Shown here: one piece after another, positions 25,003 through 35,090 of the stretch
Layout: every line of letters begins with the position of its first letter
How positions within the stretch are numbered: the first letter of the stretch is position 1
Translations under genes and position numbers: made by a program
The notes under the pieces: model-generated
The model's input: only the letters and a program-made list of their open reading frames with translations
Told to the model about the DNA's origin: nothing
Database searches by the model: none
Assembly: GCA_022451235.1 (NCBI GenBank)
Contig: JAKUOA010000007.1
Location: 16,188-80,187, forward strand
Reading direction: 5' to 3'
Length of the DNA stretch: 64,000 bases
Origin: Candidatus Thalassarchaeum sp.
GTDB taxonomy: Archaea > Thermoplasmatota > Poseidoniia > Poseidoniales > Thalassarchaeaceae

Positions 25003-26018
25003 GTTGGGCCACTACTTCCCTCTAATTCGACCAAGACATTCTCAACCACCTCATCGAAGGCGGCGGCAGTAGAACCATCTGGTTCGGCAATAATGCGATG
25101 TACCCCATCGTCGCCTCCTCTGACTATACCTGGATCAAATGGTAGAGCACCAAGGAATGGAACTTCGAGTTCGACTGCTGCTGCCTCTCCTCCGCCCGAC
25201 TTGAAAACGTCTAGGGTAACCGACCAATCTCCATTTTCATCAGTGGTGGTTTCAATAGCGGTTCCAGTAGGCCCCATAACGCTGATTTCTGAGTTAGGCT
25301 CAGCCTTGCCATGGATTGTGTAACCACTCATATTTTCCACAACTCCTAAACATGGCAACGAAATTGTTTTGGCGAAATTAATCGACTTTCGAGAATCCAG
25401 TAAAGCAACGTCTTGAGGTGTTGTGACGATTACTACTCCATCAATACCTGGAAGGCTCTGTGATACTGTAAGTGGTTCATCACTGGTACCTGGTGGGAAG
25501 TCGATGATTAGGGCGTCTAATTCTCCCCATGCAACATCTCCAATGAATTGTTGAATAGCTCCAAGTTTGATTGGTCCGCGCCAAATAACCGGCTTATCTG
25601 GATCTTCGATTAGGAAGGCCATGGAAATTACTTTCAGGCCATGAGGTCCAATTGCTGGGAAAATTTGGCCATCTTCTACATGTAATTCAGCATCATCAAT
25701 ACCAAGCATCTTCGGAACATTAGGGCCGGTGATGTCGATATCCATTAGACCGACCTTTTTGCCTTGTCGGGCTAAAGAAAGAGCCAGCCCAACCGACACT
25801 GTCGATTTGCCCACTCCGCCCTTACCAGATAGGACCATTACCTTGTGTTTGATCTCCTCGTCTAACTGAGTCATTCGCATCTTCCGGCGCATCTGAGCGT
25901 AAGCTTGCTCCATTTGCGCCTTCTGTTCTGGTGAGGCAGGTGCTTCCTCTGATGAGCCTTGTGAATCAGTCATTGGAAGACCTCCGCCGGGATGGTGAGA
26001 GATTGGCGAATCTGACAT
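24987..26018 (-). CDS. Mrp/NBP35/ApbC-family P-loop ATPase, lacking the CXXC cluster-binding motif and carrying an insertion
   Basis: Deviant Walker A LSGKGGVGKST, DIDITGPNVPKMLG, IIDFPPGTSD and VVENMS. The usual CPxC after ENMS is replaced by ~40 aa (TIHGKAEPNSEISVMGPTGTAIETTTDENGDWSVTLDVF). Confidence 0.8.
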   Translation of the reverse strand: MSDSPISHHPGGGLPMTDSQGSSEEAPASPEQKAQMEQAYAQMRRKMRMTQLDEEIKHKVMVLSGKGGVGKSTVSVGLALSLARQGKKVGLMDIDITGPNVPKMLGIDDAELHVEDGQIFPAIGPHGLKVISMAFLIEDPDKPVIWRGPIKLGAIQQFIGDVAWGELDALIIDFPPGTSDEPLTVSQSLPGIDGVVIVTTPQDVALLDSRKSINFAKTISLPCLGVVENMSGYTIHGKAEPNSEISVMGPTGTAIETTTDENGDWSVTLDVFKSGGGEAAAVELEVPFLGALPFDPGIVRGGDDGVHRIIAEPDGSTAAAFDEVVENVLVELEGSSGPTVRIS

Positions 26019-26151
26019 TGATTCTAGGGCGAGGTGAGGCCTACTTCAAGCCTGCGTGATGAAAATAAAACAAACTCAAGGGAAAAATCAGCCCTTTGGG
26101 CTGTAATCTATTGGTGTTTCCTTCAAGTAGGTTGGCTATTACAGAGGATAT

Positions 26152-26514
26152 ATGCGACTACTGTTTGTCTGTGTGGGGAATACCTGTCGAAGCCAAATGG
26201 CAGAAGCATTGGCTCGACATTTTGGTCATGAAGCAGCGTCGGCAGGAACACATCCAGGGATGAGTGTGGCTGCAAATTCACTAACAGTATTGGAGGAAAT
26301 GGGAGTTAGCACCTCTGGTCTCAAACCAAAATCTGTTGATGGCATAGAAACTGAAGGCTGGGATATGATAATCAGCATGGGCTGTGGAGTTGAATGCCCA
26401 ATGCTTCCCATCGCAGAGGATTGGGGGCTTGAGGATCCAGTTGGATTACCTATCGATGTCTATCGAAGTACACGAGATACAATCATTGAGAACCTACAGA
26501 GGCTTCCTGCTTAG
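26152..26514 (+). CDS. Low-molecular-weight phosphatase family protein (ArsC-type arsenate reductase / LMW-PTP)
   Basis: N-terminal LFVCVGNTCRSQMAE (CX5R P-loop); a second Cys pair in MGCGVECP. Confidence 0.8.
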   Translation: MRLLFVCVGNTCRSQMAEALARHFGHEAASAGTHPGMSVAANSLTVLEEMGVSTSGLKPKSVDGIETEGWDMIISMGCGVECPMLPIAEDWGLEDPVGLPIDVYRSTRDTIIENLQRLPA

Positions 26515-26558
26515 ACCACCGACGCTTAGAAAAGTGAGTCTTGATTCGACAACTTTGC

Positions 26559-26633
26559 ACGAGTGTAGTGTAGTGGTTATCACCGGGCGTTGCCAACGCC
26601 TGAACCCGGGTTCAAATCCCGGCACTCGTACCA
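26559..26633 (+). tRNA. tRNA-Gly (anticodon GCC), CCA encoded
   Basis: Hand-folded cloverleaf. Acceptor ACGAGUG/CACUCGU; anticodon stem GGGCG/CGCCU with loop UUGCCAA; T arm CCGGG-UUCAAAU-CCCGG; discriminator A then CCA (26631-26633). Confidence 0.9.
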
Positions 26634-26645
26634 AGATATGCCGCT

Positions 26646-29072
26646 TCACTTACCACGTTGTTCGGCTATTTGTTGGTCGCTCCAACCGGCTTGTCTCAGC
26701 TCTTCATCAGTATACATTGCAATTGGACTTGGTGGGCTTACTTGGTGTGAATAATCCTGCGCAAATTGTTGAGCCTCTGGTTTCTTTCGGGATACAGAAA
26801 CAAAAATTGCTCCACCAGCAATTAATCCGATGAATAACGCTACAACTAACATGCTCAATATCATATCACCGGTAGTCTGCCAAAGAGAAAAATTGGGGTA
26901 CACATCTGAGTTATCACCTACGCCATCGCCATCTGTATCCTTCCACTCAGCGGTATTCAATGGGAAGGCATCAAATCCATCATCCCAACCATCTGAATCA
27001 GTATCACTCTTCAAGGGATCAGTACCGGCTGCAACTTCATCGAGGTCTGACAAACCATCTCCATCATCATCCAAATCGGCGTTGTTTCCAACACCGTCAC
27101 CGTCTGAATCTAGATTCTCATTAGGGTCGTCAGGGAAAGCGTCCTCATCGTTGATAGTACCGTCTCCATCCCTATCTGGATCCATACCATCACAAAGGCC
27201 GTCACCATCAGAATCAGTTGGTTCAATCGAAGAATCATCCTTGTCACCATCACAGGTTTCCTCAGCAACATCCGACCAGCCATCTCCGTCGTCATCGGTA
27301 TCTGCATTATTTCCTATTCCATCTCCATCTGTATCAAACCATTCTGAAGGATCGAGAGGAAATACGTCCACACTATCTGACCATTTGTCTCCATCGTCAT
27401 CAGTATCTATGGCATCACAAAGTGAGTCACCATCGAAATCTTGTGGATAACTTAGTGCATCCAAAGGACCGGTCCCACATTCAACCTCCTTTGTATCGAT
27501 CCAGCCGTCATTATCATCATCTGTGTCGGCGTTATTGCCAATACTATCCGAATCAGTATCTAACCACTCCGTAGGGTCCTTCGGGAAACTATCACGATCA
27601 TCTTCCCAACCATCATTATCATCATCTGAGTCCAATACATCACATTCTCCATCAGTATCTGTATCCAGTGGTTGGGAGAATACGCTCATTGGGTCAGAAC
27701 CACAATCTTGCTCATTAATATCAGAAAATCCATCATTGTCATCATCCAAGTCTGCATTATCTCCAATCTCATCATTATCGTTATCACTCCACTCAGTTGG
27801 ATCTTCTGGAAAATCATCGATGGAATCGTCGTAACCGTCATTATCGTCATCTAGGTCTAAACCATTGCATAATCCATCGGAATCTACGTCTGAAGGATAT
27901 GAGATAGAATCGAATTGGTCCGTGCCACATGATAATTCTTCCACATCATCCCAGCCGTCATTATCATCATCTGAATCGGCGTTATCACCTATTCCATCAG
28001 AATCGAAATCGCTGCACTCAGAAGCATCATCAGGGAATGCATCCTCTTCATCGGGACAGCCGTCTCCATCAGCATCAGGGAATCCTCCCGCTTGGTTATT
28101 CCACATTGTCATTGGAACCAAATCTGTAGCGTTTTCAGCATCATAATAGAATCCTGCCGTAACACCCCACTCAGTAAATAATAGCAAATCGACAAGTTCT
28201 CCACCATCAGAGACGTTTCTAACCTCAACTTGCAAAACAGAAAGTGTCGTTGGGGATGAACCTGAAGAATCTGCCTCATTGTATCCTTGAAACTCTATGG
28301 ATAATTCTTGCATACCTTCAAACGAAGTATCTTCCATCCAATATTCTGAGCCAGAATCCTCAACTCGACTTCCATTGTCATTGAGATCTACCCAAGACCA
28401 ATCTTCCCAATTTTCGGAACTAATTGTGAATATTGTACCAACAGTCATTGAAGAGGGTGTGCTACTTTCAGAAACTTCGATTGTGAAATTTTCCCAATAT
28501 CTTCCTGCTTCATCATCAGCCAATGTTCCGTAATCAATGTAATAATCTTCGAAGTAAACAGATTCACTTTCATACCAATCATCTCCAATTGCCGAGTAAG
28601 TTGTTTCGTCGTAGGTCCAATCGCTATCGATAGAGATACCATAGACATCATTGTAGGCTGTAAAATGCATTCCTTGACGGGCATCTCTGACATTACATTG
28701 GCCGCTGAAGGTTCCTATTGAGCACGACTCATCAGCTTGAGTCCAATAACCCATATCGCTTCTTACGGAATGAATGACCACGCGGTCCCAAAATGGATCG
28801 TTCTCTATGTTTTCTTTGAAATATACAGAAAGTTGTTGGGCATCTAGTTTGACATAATCTCCATCCATTGGAGTGTAATCTAAGTCAACAGTAATCGAAC
28901 GAGGCGTGATAGCCGAGGAATCTTCTTCAGATGATGCTGCGATTATTGGAGAGGCTAATGCGCTCAAAGCGATGGCAGATAGGATTACCGCCGAGGTTCT
29001 ATTCACATCACTGGAGAGTATATGGTGAAATAAGGAGGTTCGCACGTCGTGTTTCTTACTCAAAATCAGCAT
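26646..29072 (-). CDS. Secreted, C-terminally membrane-anchored protein with a long array of thrombospondin type-3-like Ca-binding repeats
   Basis: Signal-like N-terminus. About 400 aa of DxDxDGxxDxxD-type repeats (DADGDGCPDEEDAFPDD, DSDGIGDNADSDDDNDGWDD ...). TM helix MILSMLVVALFIGLIAGGAIFVSV followed by a cytoplasmic tail. Confidence 0.8.
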   Translation of the reverse strand: MLILSKKHDVRTSLFHHILSSDVNRTSAVILSAIALSALASPIIAASSEEDSSAITPRSITVDLDYTPMDGDYVKLDAQQLSVYFKENIENDPFWDRVVIHSVRSDMGYWTQADESCSIGTFSGQCNVRDARQGMHFTAYNDVYGISIDSDWTYDETTYSAIGDDWYESESVYFEDYYIDYGTLADDEAGRYWENFTIEVSESSTPSSMTVGTIFTISSENWEDWSWVDLNDNGSRVEDSGSEYWMEDTSFEGMQELSIEFQGYNEADSSGSSPTTLSVLQVEVRNVSDGGELVDLLLFTEWGVTAGFYYDAENATDLVPMTMWNNQAGGFPDADGDGCPDEEDAFPDDASECSDFDSDGIGDNADSDDDNDGWDDVEELSCGTDQFDSISYPSDVDSDGLCNGLDLDDDNDGYDDSIDDFPEDPTEWSDNDNDEIGDNADLDDDNDGFSDINEQDCGSDPMSVFSQPLDTDTDGECDVLDSDDDNDGWEDDRDSFPKDPTEWLDTDSDSIGNNADTDDDNDGWIDTKEVECGTGPLDALSYPQDFDGDSLCDAIDTDDDGDKWSDSVDVFPLDPSEWFDTDGDGIGNNADTDDDGDGWSDVAEETCDGDKDDSSIEPTDSDGDGLCDGMDPDRDGDGTINDEDAFPDDPNENLDSDGDGVGNNADLDDDGDGLSDLDEVAAGTDPLKSDTDSDGWDDGFDAFPLNTAEWKDTDGDGVGDNSDVYPNFSLWQTTGDMILSMLVVALFIGLIAGGAIFVSVSRKKPEAQQFAQDYSHQVSPPSPIAMYTDEELRQAGWSDQQIAEQRGK
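26890..28082 (-). repeat. Coding tandem-repeat region (TSP3-like Asp-rich units) within the surface-protein gene
   Basis: Degenerate units recur roughly every 35-45 codons, containing D-[TS]-D-[GS]-D-G-x-[GC]-[DN]-N-x-D and DDDNDGW. Confidence 0.75.
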
Positions 29073-32000
29073 TTCGCATTGTCACAACGATTGCGGTAGC
29101 ACCTAAGGCGAGTAGCATTAGTAATCCAATAAGAACGAGAGTTGTTGAGTTTTCTGAAATCCAATTTGCACCTCCTCCTGTGGAAGATTTCTCATCAACC
29201 AATTCTATGGTATATGTTTGAGACTCTACTGGTGTAATTGATTGGAATATATCTGATGCACGAACTAGGAAATTCATCTCTCCTTCAGATAAACTAGAGC
29301 GGACGTCGATTTGCATCGAAAATATACCATCTCCTGCGACTCTGTCGCTATTCTGGCCATCATCAGCCAACAATAGCCATGTTTCAGATTTCCCAATTGG
29401 TGCAAGACGACCAATTTTCGCTTGAGCGGAGGATACTCCATCTGGATCTGCAATTGATACTTCAATCGTGTATGTTTTGTCACCCGATTTTGGAATCTCA
29501 ATTATTGGGACCCATTCTCCTTCATCAAAGAACGAGACGTTGATAATTTCTGGTGCTTCGTTTAGCACCTGAACTACCGCGCCACCATCGATGAGTGCAC
29601 TTGCACCTTGGTTATCTTCTACCTGAATTGGAATCGTCCGTAATCCTGGTGCTAGCGATTCCGGTAGGGTAAATTGGCCTACCCATCGATTAGTATTGGA
29701 GTCTAAAGTTAGTGGAGTCAAGTCTCCTCCAGCGCTTAGTAAATCGATTACTACTGATTCTACCCCATGCCCATCTTCCACCTTGAGACTTGCAGAAATA
29801 AATTCTCCTCGATATGCAAAATCAGGCGAATAAACACGCGATGTGACTCGAGGAGCAGCATTTGAAATTTCAACATAGGCGGTTGTTTGGACGTCTGTCC
29901 AGATATCATCCATCTTAATTGAAACAGATAAATTTCCAAACTCCAAACCGTCGTGATTTATCCTCGCTGTCCAAACCGAATCTTGAATTACCTCATCGCC
30001 GTTTAGACCTGAGTCTGAAAGAGTGATTGTTCCTAGGCCAAATTCACTTAGGTCTACCATCACGCCAACCACGTCGGTGTCGAAGTCCTCAATCACTGCC
30101 TCAAGGTGAGCCATACCACCTTCGGTGAAGAGGACACCTTCTCTAAATCTCAGACTTTGCAAGGCAGGAGGTGTATTTTCTGCGGCAGTTATTACTGATG
30201 GATACAGTACCCTCTCAAGCGTCTGATATTCGACGACTCTGACCACTTCAGACTCGCTACCATTATTGTCACCTATTGGTAAACCAATATCGATTATTCG
30301 ATACACTTCGTGAATCATACCAGCGAGTAATCCCTCATTGATTACCGTTCCATAGGCAGTGAAATTGTCTAGGGATTCAGTATCTTGCCATTCAGCCAAC
30401 TCTACTTCATGGCCATCGGCAATACCCATTCTAATGCCTATGATCTCTATCGTCTGTCCATTTCCGTCACGAGAAGTTGGGAAATTATCGCCTATTACAT
30501 ACTTGTCAGGTACAATACCGGTTTCTCTGAAACCCGTGATATTCATATCGCCATCATATTGAGGTCTCTGTGGCTCCAGAATTATCGGTGAATTTTCTGG
30601 GTATTCATTACTTGTAGTACCATTATCCTCGACATATAGGTAGCGAATCGTTCGATTTGCCCAATCTGTCTGTGGAACCGTGTATTCGTAGGTCAGATTG
30701 TGTTCAGCCTCGATTTCTTGTCCTATCGGACCGATTGGAGTACCGGAAATATTGAACCATACTTCATTTTCAATCACATCAACTTCAAATTCTTCTCCAG
30801 TAGCATTCTCTTGAATTAGGGATTTGTCTATCTGGCGAACATAACCGAATGAACCACTAGCATCACCTGAATATTGGCCGTCGACAACTATCCGATCTTG
30901 AACAACCTCGCCACCAACTACCTCGTAGTGAATGTCTGGAACGGTTCCATTAACTTGAACTTGAAATTGACTATCTTCAATAAGGAAGCCAAAGTCTCCA
31001 GAACCTTTGATTTTCAACGATTGTTCTTCACGGACTCCATCAAGCCATTTTTCTCTAGTTCGAAATTCATCCAATTCGATGGAGAATGCTTCGTCCTGGG
31101 TTTGGAGGCGAATGCTTAGATTTGCCTCAATTTGAGTATCTGATAAACGACGAATGCCACCTTCATCCCACGTTTCGATATAGAAAACTGACAATTCCCC
31201 ATAGCCGCCTTGAGTGCTATTGTTTGAACCTCCGTTGTAAGAAATAGCTCCGGTCGCTTCCAAAGTTAGTCGTTCGGTCAGTATTCCATCTTCCCAATCT
31301 CTGAGTATGTATGCTTGGTATACATTGGCCTCTACATCGATTAGTGAGTCCTCTGAATCACTTACGAATTCTAGACTACCTGAGCCACGCATCTCAAATA
31401 TTTGACGTGTAATATCAGTCCCATCATATGTTTCATTCATCCACACATTGTGTAAATCAAGAGTTAGATACATCTGGTCAGTTCCCGTGTCTAAATCGAG
31501 TACTAAAGAGCCGTTTCCTAATTCACTAGAACTCAAACTTTCACCAGTTCGCTTTTGCCAACCCCGTCCTTCGAAATATAGGCTTGAACCTCCATCTGCG
31601 TCATTCTGTAACTCCCAGGTGGTTTCACGGGTGATTTCATGGTCAGCAGAGGGTTGGTTCCAAATTGTCATATCCATTGATCGGGAACAGGTAGTTTCGG
31701 TAGAACTGACTTCGATTATTACCTCATCTAGGAACTCCGGCTCATCAGGTAACACAACATCGATTTCTCCACCCGCTACCACGTAGTTTGAATCAGCCTC
31801 AGTAGCGATTATTTGCCCATTTCTGATATGTTGAACATCAATGGTTACACCACTTGGTGAAGTTCCATTTTGGAAAGCTGGCTCAAAGGTGGTTTTGTAA
31901 CGATGAATCACTATTTCTTGCCATGTTCCGTTTTCATCCATTGCCCAATCATAGTCCCAATCTACTAGGATTTCACAGGATGGAGCGGGCTCGGCTTCGT

Positions 32001-32082
32001 CGGCTACCGCAATGCCAGCCAACGGTGCAAGGAGCAATAGTGTCAGCAACAAGGCACTCTGGAATCGGTTGTGCACGCTCAT
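29056..32082 (-). CDS. Giant (1008 aa) secreted surface protein with C-terminal TM anchor; sequon-rich
   Basis: Signal peptide LLLTLLLLAPLAGIAVA. Many N-x-S/T sequons and beta-rich acidic sequence. C-terminal LVLIGLLMLLALGATAIVVTM. The 3' end overlaps the next gene's start by 17 nt. Confidence 0.75.
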   Translation of the reverse strand: MSVHNRFQSALLLTLLLLAPLAGIAVADEAEPAPSCEILVDWDYDWAMDENGTWQEIVIHRYKTTFEPAFQNGTSPSGVTIDVQHIRNGQIIATEADSNYVVAGGEIDVVLPDEPEFLDEVIIEVSSTETTCSRSMDMTIWNQPSADHEITRETTWELQNDADGGSSLYFEGRGWQKRTGESLSSSELGNGSLVLDLDTGTDQMYLTLDLHNVWMNETYDGTDITRQIFEMRGSGSLEFVSDSEDSLIDVEANVYQAYILRDWEDGILTERLTLEATGAISYNGGSNNSTQGGYGELSVFYIETWDEGGIRRLSDTQIEANLSIRLQTQDEAFSIELDEFRTREKWLDGVREEQSLKIKGSGDFGFLIEDSQFQVQVNGTVPDIHYEVVGGEVVQDRIVVDGQYSGDASGSFGYVRQIDKSLIQENATGEEFEVDVIENEVWFNISGTPIGPIGQEIEAEHNLTYEYTVPQTDWANRTIRYLYVEDNGTTSNEYPENSPIILEPQRPQYDGDMNITGFRETGIVPDKYVIGDNFPTSRDGNGQTIEIIGIRMGIADGHEVELAEWQDTESLDNFTAYGTVINEGLLAGMIHEVYRIIDIGLPIGDNNGSESEVVRVVEYQTLERVLYPSVITAAENTPPALQSLRFREGVLFTEGGMAHLEAVIEDFDTDVVGVMVDLSEFGLGTITLSDSGLNGDEVIQDSVWTARINHDGLEFGNLSVSIKMDDIWTDVQTTAYVEISNAAPRVTSRVYSPDFAYRGEFISASLKVEDGHGVESVVIDLLSAGGDLTPLTLDSNTNRWVGQFTLPESLAPGLRTIPIQVEDNQGASALIDGGAVVQVLNEAPEIINVSFFDEGEWVPIIEIPKSGDKTYTIEVSIADPDGVSSAQAKIGRLAPIGKSETWLLLADDGQNSDRVAGDGIFSMQIDVRSSLSEGEMNFLVRASDIFQSITPVESQTYTIELVDEKSSTGGGANWISENSTTLVLIGLLMLLALGATAIVVTMRNADFE

Positions 32083-32135
32083 ACCCTTCAGTGATATTGT
32101 TTGTACATTTGCCCGTCACGATTGGACTAATCGAA

Positions 32136-32558
32136 TTAGAAAAGGGGCTCTTCCCAGTCGTCTTCTTCGTCTTCGTCGGTCATCCTCTCTTTCCAAAGAG
32201 AGGTTGGCACATCATCGTAAATCCCTGCGTAGGGGTCCTCATCTTCCTTGTTTTCAGCCTCTGTCATCGCTCTTCTTGCAAATTCCCTAGCATCTGCTTT
32301 GAATTTCCAATAGTGAATTCTCCACTCCCGACCGTCCCAAAGAGTGGTTTCCTCGGATTCCGTTGTAAGCAATTCATAGTCTTGCAATTGGTAGAAGAGG
32401 TTACGATCAGTGGGTTCTAGGGCGTTATCAATAATACGATTTGAGAACCCGAAGAAACCTAATGCGTGTTCAGCAATCGATTCGGCAACGATTACCTCCA
32501 TATCTGAGTCAACTTTACGACGGATAGCCTGAGTTAACTCTGCTAGCGTCATACCCAT
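32136..32558 (-). CDS. Hypothetical cytoplasmic protein with highly acidic C-terminus (140 aa)
   Basis: ATG start and coherent non-repetitive sequence, with a DEDEEDDWEEPLF tail; no family recognised. Confidence 0.55.
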   Translation of the reverse strand: MGMTLAELTQAIRRKVDSDMEVIVAESIAEHALGFFGFSNRIIDNALEPTDRNLFYQLQDYELLTTESEETTLWDGREWRIHYWKFKADAREFARRAMTEAENKEDEDPYAGIYDDVPTSLWKERMTDEDEEDDWEEPLF

Positions 32559-32679
32559 CGCATCCCCCTCCTGTGGTAGAATATGGAAGCCCGTTCTTTA
32601 TCAACAATCGCACATCGAGTCCACGAATCCTATGGCTTCGACCCGAAGTGGTTAATCGAATAATGACTCGGCACAACCC

Positions 32680-33597
32680 ATGAACGAGGAGGCTAACCCT
32701 ACCTTCCTCGGGCTTTCAGAGTCTGAGAAAGGGCCTTGGGATGTGGTAATTCTTCCTATTCCATTCGAGATGACAACAAGTTGGGGAGAAGGGACTGAAC
32801 ATGGACCCTCAGCTGCAATTGAGGCTAGTTCTCAGGTCGAATTATACGACCCTTTGCTCGAAGAAGAATTACCTTGTGGGCTTGCATTTCACACCGCTTC
32901 GGCTTGGAGTTCTGAGGCAGGGACTCTAAGAGAACAATTAGATTCTATTCGTGACTATCTTTTTCCATGGTTTAATGCAGAGCAATTTCCGGTTATTTTG
33001 GGTGGAGAGCATGGGCTTCTACCACCGGTTGTGGAAGCTTTACGAAATCACCCCTCTATCACTGGTGATTTGTCGAAACTAACCATAGTTCAGGTCGATG
33101 CTCATGCCGATTTGCGAGATTCGCTGAATGGTGAGAGATTCAGTCATGGTACCGCTGCAAGACGATCTTTGGATTACGGAATCGGCGGCCTTTTGCAAAT
33201 TGGAATACGTGCATATTCACTTGATGAAGCAAAGTTCGTGGAAACTGAAAATCGAGTTGAGACCTTTTATGCTCAAGAACTCTTCAGCCCATCTGCTGGA
33301 AATACGGCTTGGAACAATCTAATTCATCGGATTAGCCAGTTAAGCGGTCCTGTTTGGTTGACTTTTGATATCGATGGACTAGATGGTTCATTGGTCCCCG
33401 ATACAGGCACCCCAGTTCCCGGCGGTTTGACTCATTGGGGTGCGGTGGAAATCATCCAAGAGATATTTTCCAGCGAGGCTGAGATTATCGGGGCCGATGT
33501 CAATGAAATCGCCCCCGGTGATGATCGTTTAACGCAGTTTAACGCTGCATTAATCGCAACGAAGATTCTTGCCGCGCACATCGCTAATCGAGATTGA
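32680..33597 (+). CDS. speB: Agmatinase / ureohydrolase (arginase-fold) family
   Basis: Mn-binding motifs GGEHG, VDAHADLRD and TFDIDGLD. The exact substrate cannot be determined from sequence. Confidence 0.8.
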   Translation: MNEEANPTFLGLSESEKGPWDVVILPIPFEMTTSWGEGTEHGPSAAIEASSQVELYDPLLEEELPCGLAFHTASAWSSEAGTLREQLDSIRDYLFPWFNAEQFPVILGGEHGLLPPVVEALRNHPSITGDLSKLTIVQVDAHADLRDSLNGERFSHGTAARRSLDYGIGGLLQIGIRAYSLDEAKFVETENRVETFYAQELFSPSAGNTAWNNLIHRISQLSGPVWLTFDIDGLDGSLVPDTGTPVPGGLTHWGAVEIIQEIFSSEAEIIGADVNEIAPGDDRLTQFNAALIATKILAAHIANRD

Positions 33598-33656
33598 TTC
33601 GACTTTTGTACACAAATCGTACGAATGATTGTAGGTAAGAACCTCTACAGCGGCGT

Positions 33657-35003
33657 ATGCGCCGCTGGCTAACGGCATTGGTAGTAGCATCAATGCTCGC
33701 TGTCTCTACTTCGCCTGTAGCTACCGCGCAGATTGGGCAACCAGATATTATCCAAGAGCATTGGTATCATTCCTATGCAACTCTAACCTTAGACCTAAAC
33801 GAATGGGCGGATGACTATCCTGAAATCGTCGAGATGTTCAGCATAGGGAAGACTGAACTGGGAAGAGAAATTTGGATGTTGCAAATTTCGGATTGGAGTC
33901 AAGAAACCAAACCAGATGGAAGCGAAAAAGACGTTGTTTACATCGATGGAGGGCATCATGGAAATGAACATCTTGGGACCGAACTTGCTTTCCTAGTTGC
34001 TGAGTATTACATCGAGGGTTGGGCAGATGGAGAACAAGACGCGATTGATGTATTATCGACCACTGAATTACATATTCTGATTATGCTAAACGCAGATGGT
34101 AATGACCACGACACAAGATGGAATATCAACCAAGTTGATTTAAACAGAAATTACGATCACTACTGGAATACCTGCCCGACTACCCAACCTGGAAGTAGTG
34201 CCTTCAGTGAATCTGAAACTCTTGCAAATTCGATTTATATGAACGAAGTTGTGCCACATGCTGACCTGTACATCACCATGCATACAGGTGTTTGGATCAT
34301 GCTTTATCCATGGGGTAAGTGGCCTGAACAGCCGTCAGACTGGGAGATGTTCCATTACATCAAGGATGAAGTGAATTCCAATATTTCAGACATACCTATT
34401 CGTAACGCTAACCAGGGACTATACCCCAATTGTGGAACCAGTCGTGATTACGGATATGGAGTGATGGGTTATCCAACCTTCACATTTGAGACCGACGATG
34501 AGCAATTTCTCCTTGGAACCATAGAGCCATTATCCCAAAGACTCGACGAGGAACTGGATGTTATGAAATATCTAATCAAGAATGTCTGGTATTGGCGTGC
34601 TCGACTGATCGTGGAAAGCATCGAAATAAATGGTAATCAAATCGATACTCATGTGGTAAATCTTGGAAGAGCGAGTACATCGAATGCCACCTTACATTAT
34701 TCTGATTCAAGTGGAGAATTACTTTGGCATTCAGCCCTATTTGGAGTAAATGCCACGAATCAAACCAAGGTCACCTTAGATAGTGGGAATCTAACCCTTA
34801 TCGAAGATGGCACCTGGAGTATACATTACCAAAAAAGAGTAATCGATGCTTCTCAATGGGTGGAAGAACATATTGACGATTCTATAGTAGAAATTTCTGA
34901 GGAAAAAGAAGGATTCTTACCCGCGCCTTCAATGTTTATTCATCTATTTTCAATACTCATGGCGGCTTTTGCAGGAAGAAGAAAAAATATCGATTTTAAT
35001 TAG
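33657..35003 (+). CDS. Secreted M14 zinc carboxypeptidase with C-terminal anchor
   Basis: Signal peptide; Zn motif GGHHGNEHLG; NADGN, DLNRNY and a later HT/YP region; hydrophobic C-terminus. Confidence 0.8.
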   Translation: MRRWLTALVVASMLAVSTSPVATAQIGQPDIIQEHWYHSYATLTLDLNEWADDYPEIVEMFSIGKTELGREIWMLQISDWSQETKPDGSEKDVVYIDGGHHGNEHLGTELAFLVAEYYIEGWADGEQDAIDVLSTTELHILIMLNADGNDHDTRWNINQVDLNRNYDHYWNTCPTTQPGSSAFSESETLANSIYMNEVVPHADLYITMHTGVWIMLYPWGKWPEQPSDWEMFHYIKDEVNSNISDIPIRNANQGLYPNCGTSRDYGYGVMGYPTFTFETDDEQFLLGTIEPLSQRLDEELDVMKYLIKNVWYWRARLIVESIEINGNQIDTHVVNLGRASTSNATLHYSDSSGELLWHSALFGVNATNQTKVTLDSGNLTLIEDGTWSIHYQKRVIDASQWVEEHIDDSIVEISEEKEGFLPAPSMFIHLFSILMAAFAGRRKNIDFN

Positions 35004-35090
35004 AAAATTAGAAAATACTTTGAAAGAATGTCTTGAAATTAAGAATTTCTTTAGATATTCTTTGTATATTGGAACTTTTTCGCATAATCT

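Noticed and set aside
26830-27834. Long plus-strand ORFs (206, 118 and 103 aa) rich in Ser/Pro antisense to the TSP3-repeat gene
   Set aside because: They are shadow ORFs produced by the GAT/GAC-rich repeat codons on the opposite strand. The sequence is low-complexity and no start context is present.
26890-28082. Periodic DNA repeats that could be mistaken for a CRISPR or satellite array
   Set aside because: The units are degenerate, in frame, and translate to Ca-binding DxDxDG motifs within one long ORF. There is no identical-repeat/unique-spacer organisation.
26559-32558. tRNA-flanked block as an integrated mobile element or genomic island
   Set aside because: I saw no integrase, recombinase or phage genes, and no direct repeat of the tRNA 3' end in the downstream region. 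Only locus variability is proposed (see findings).
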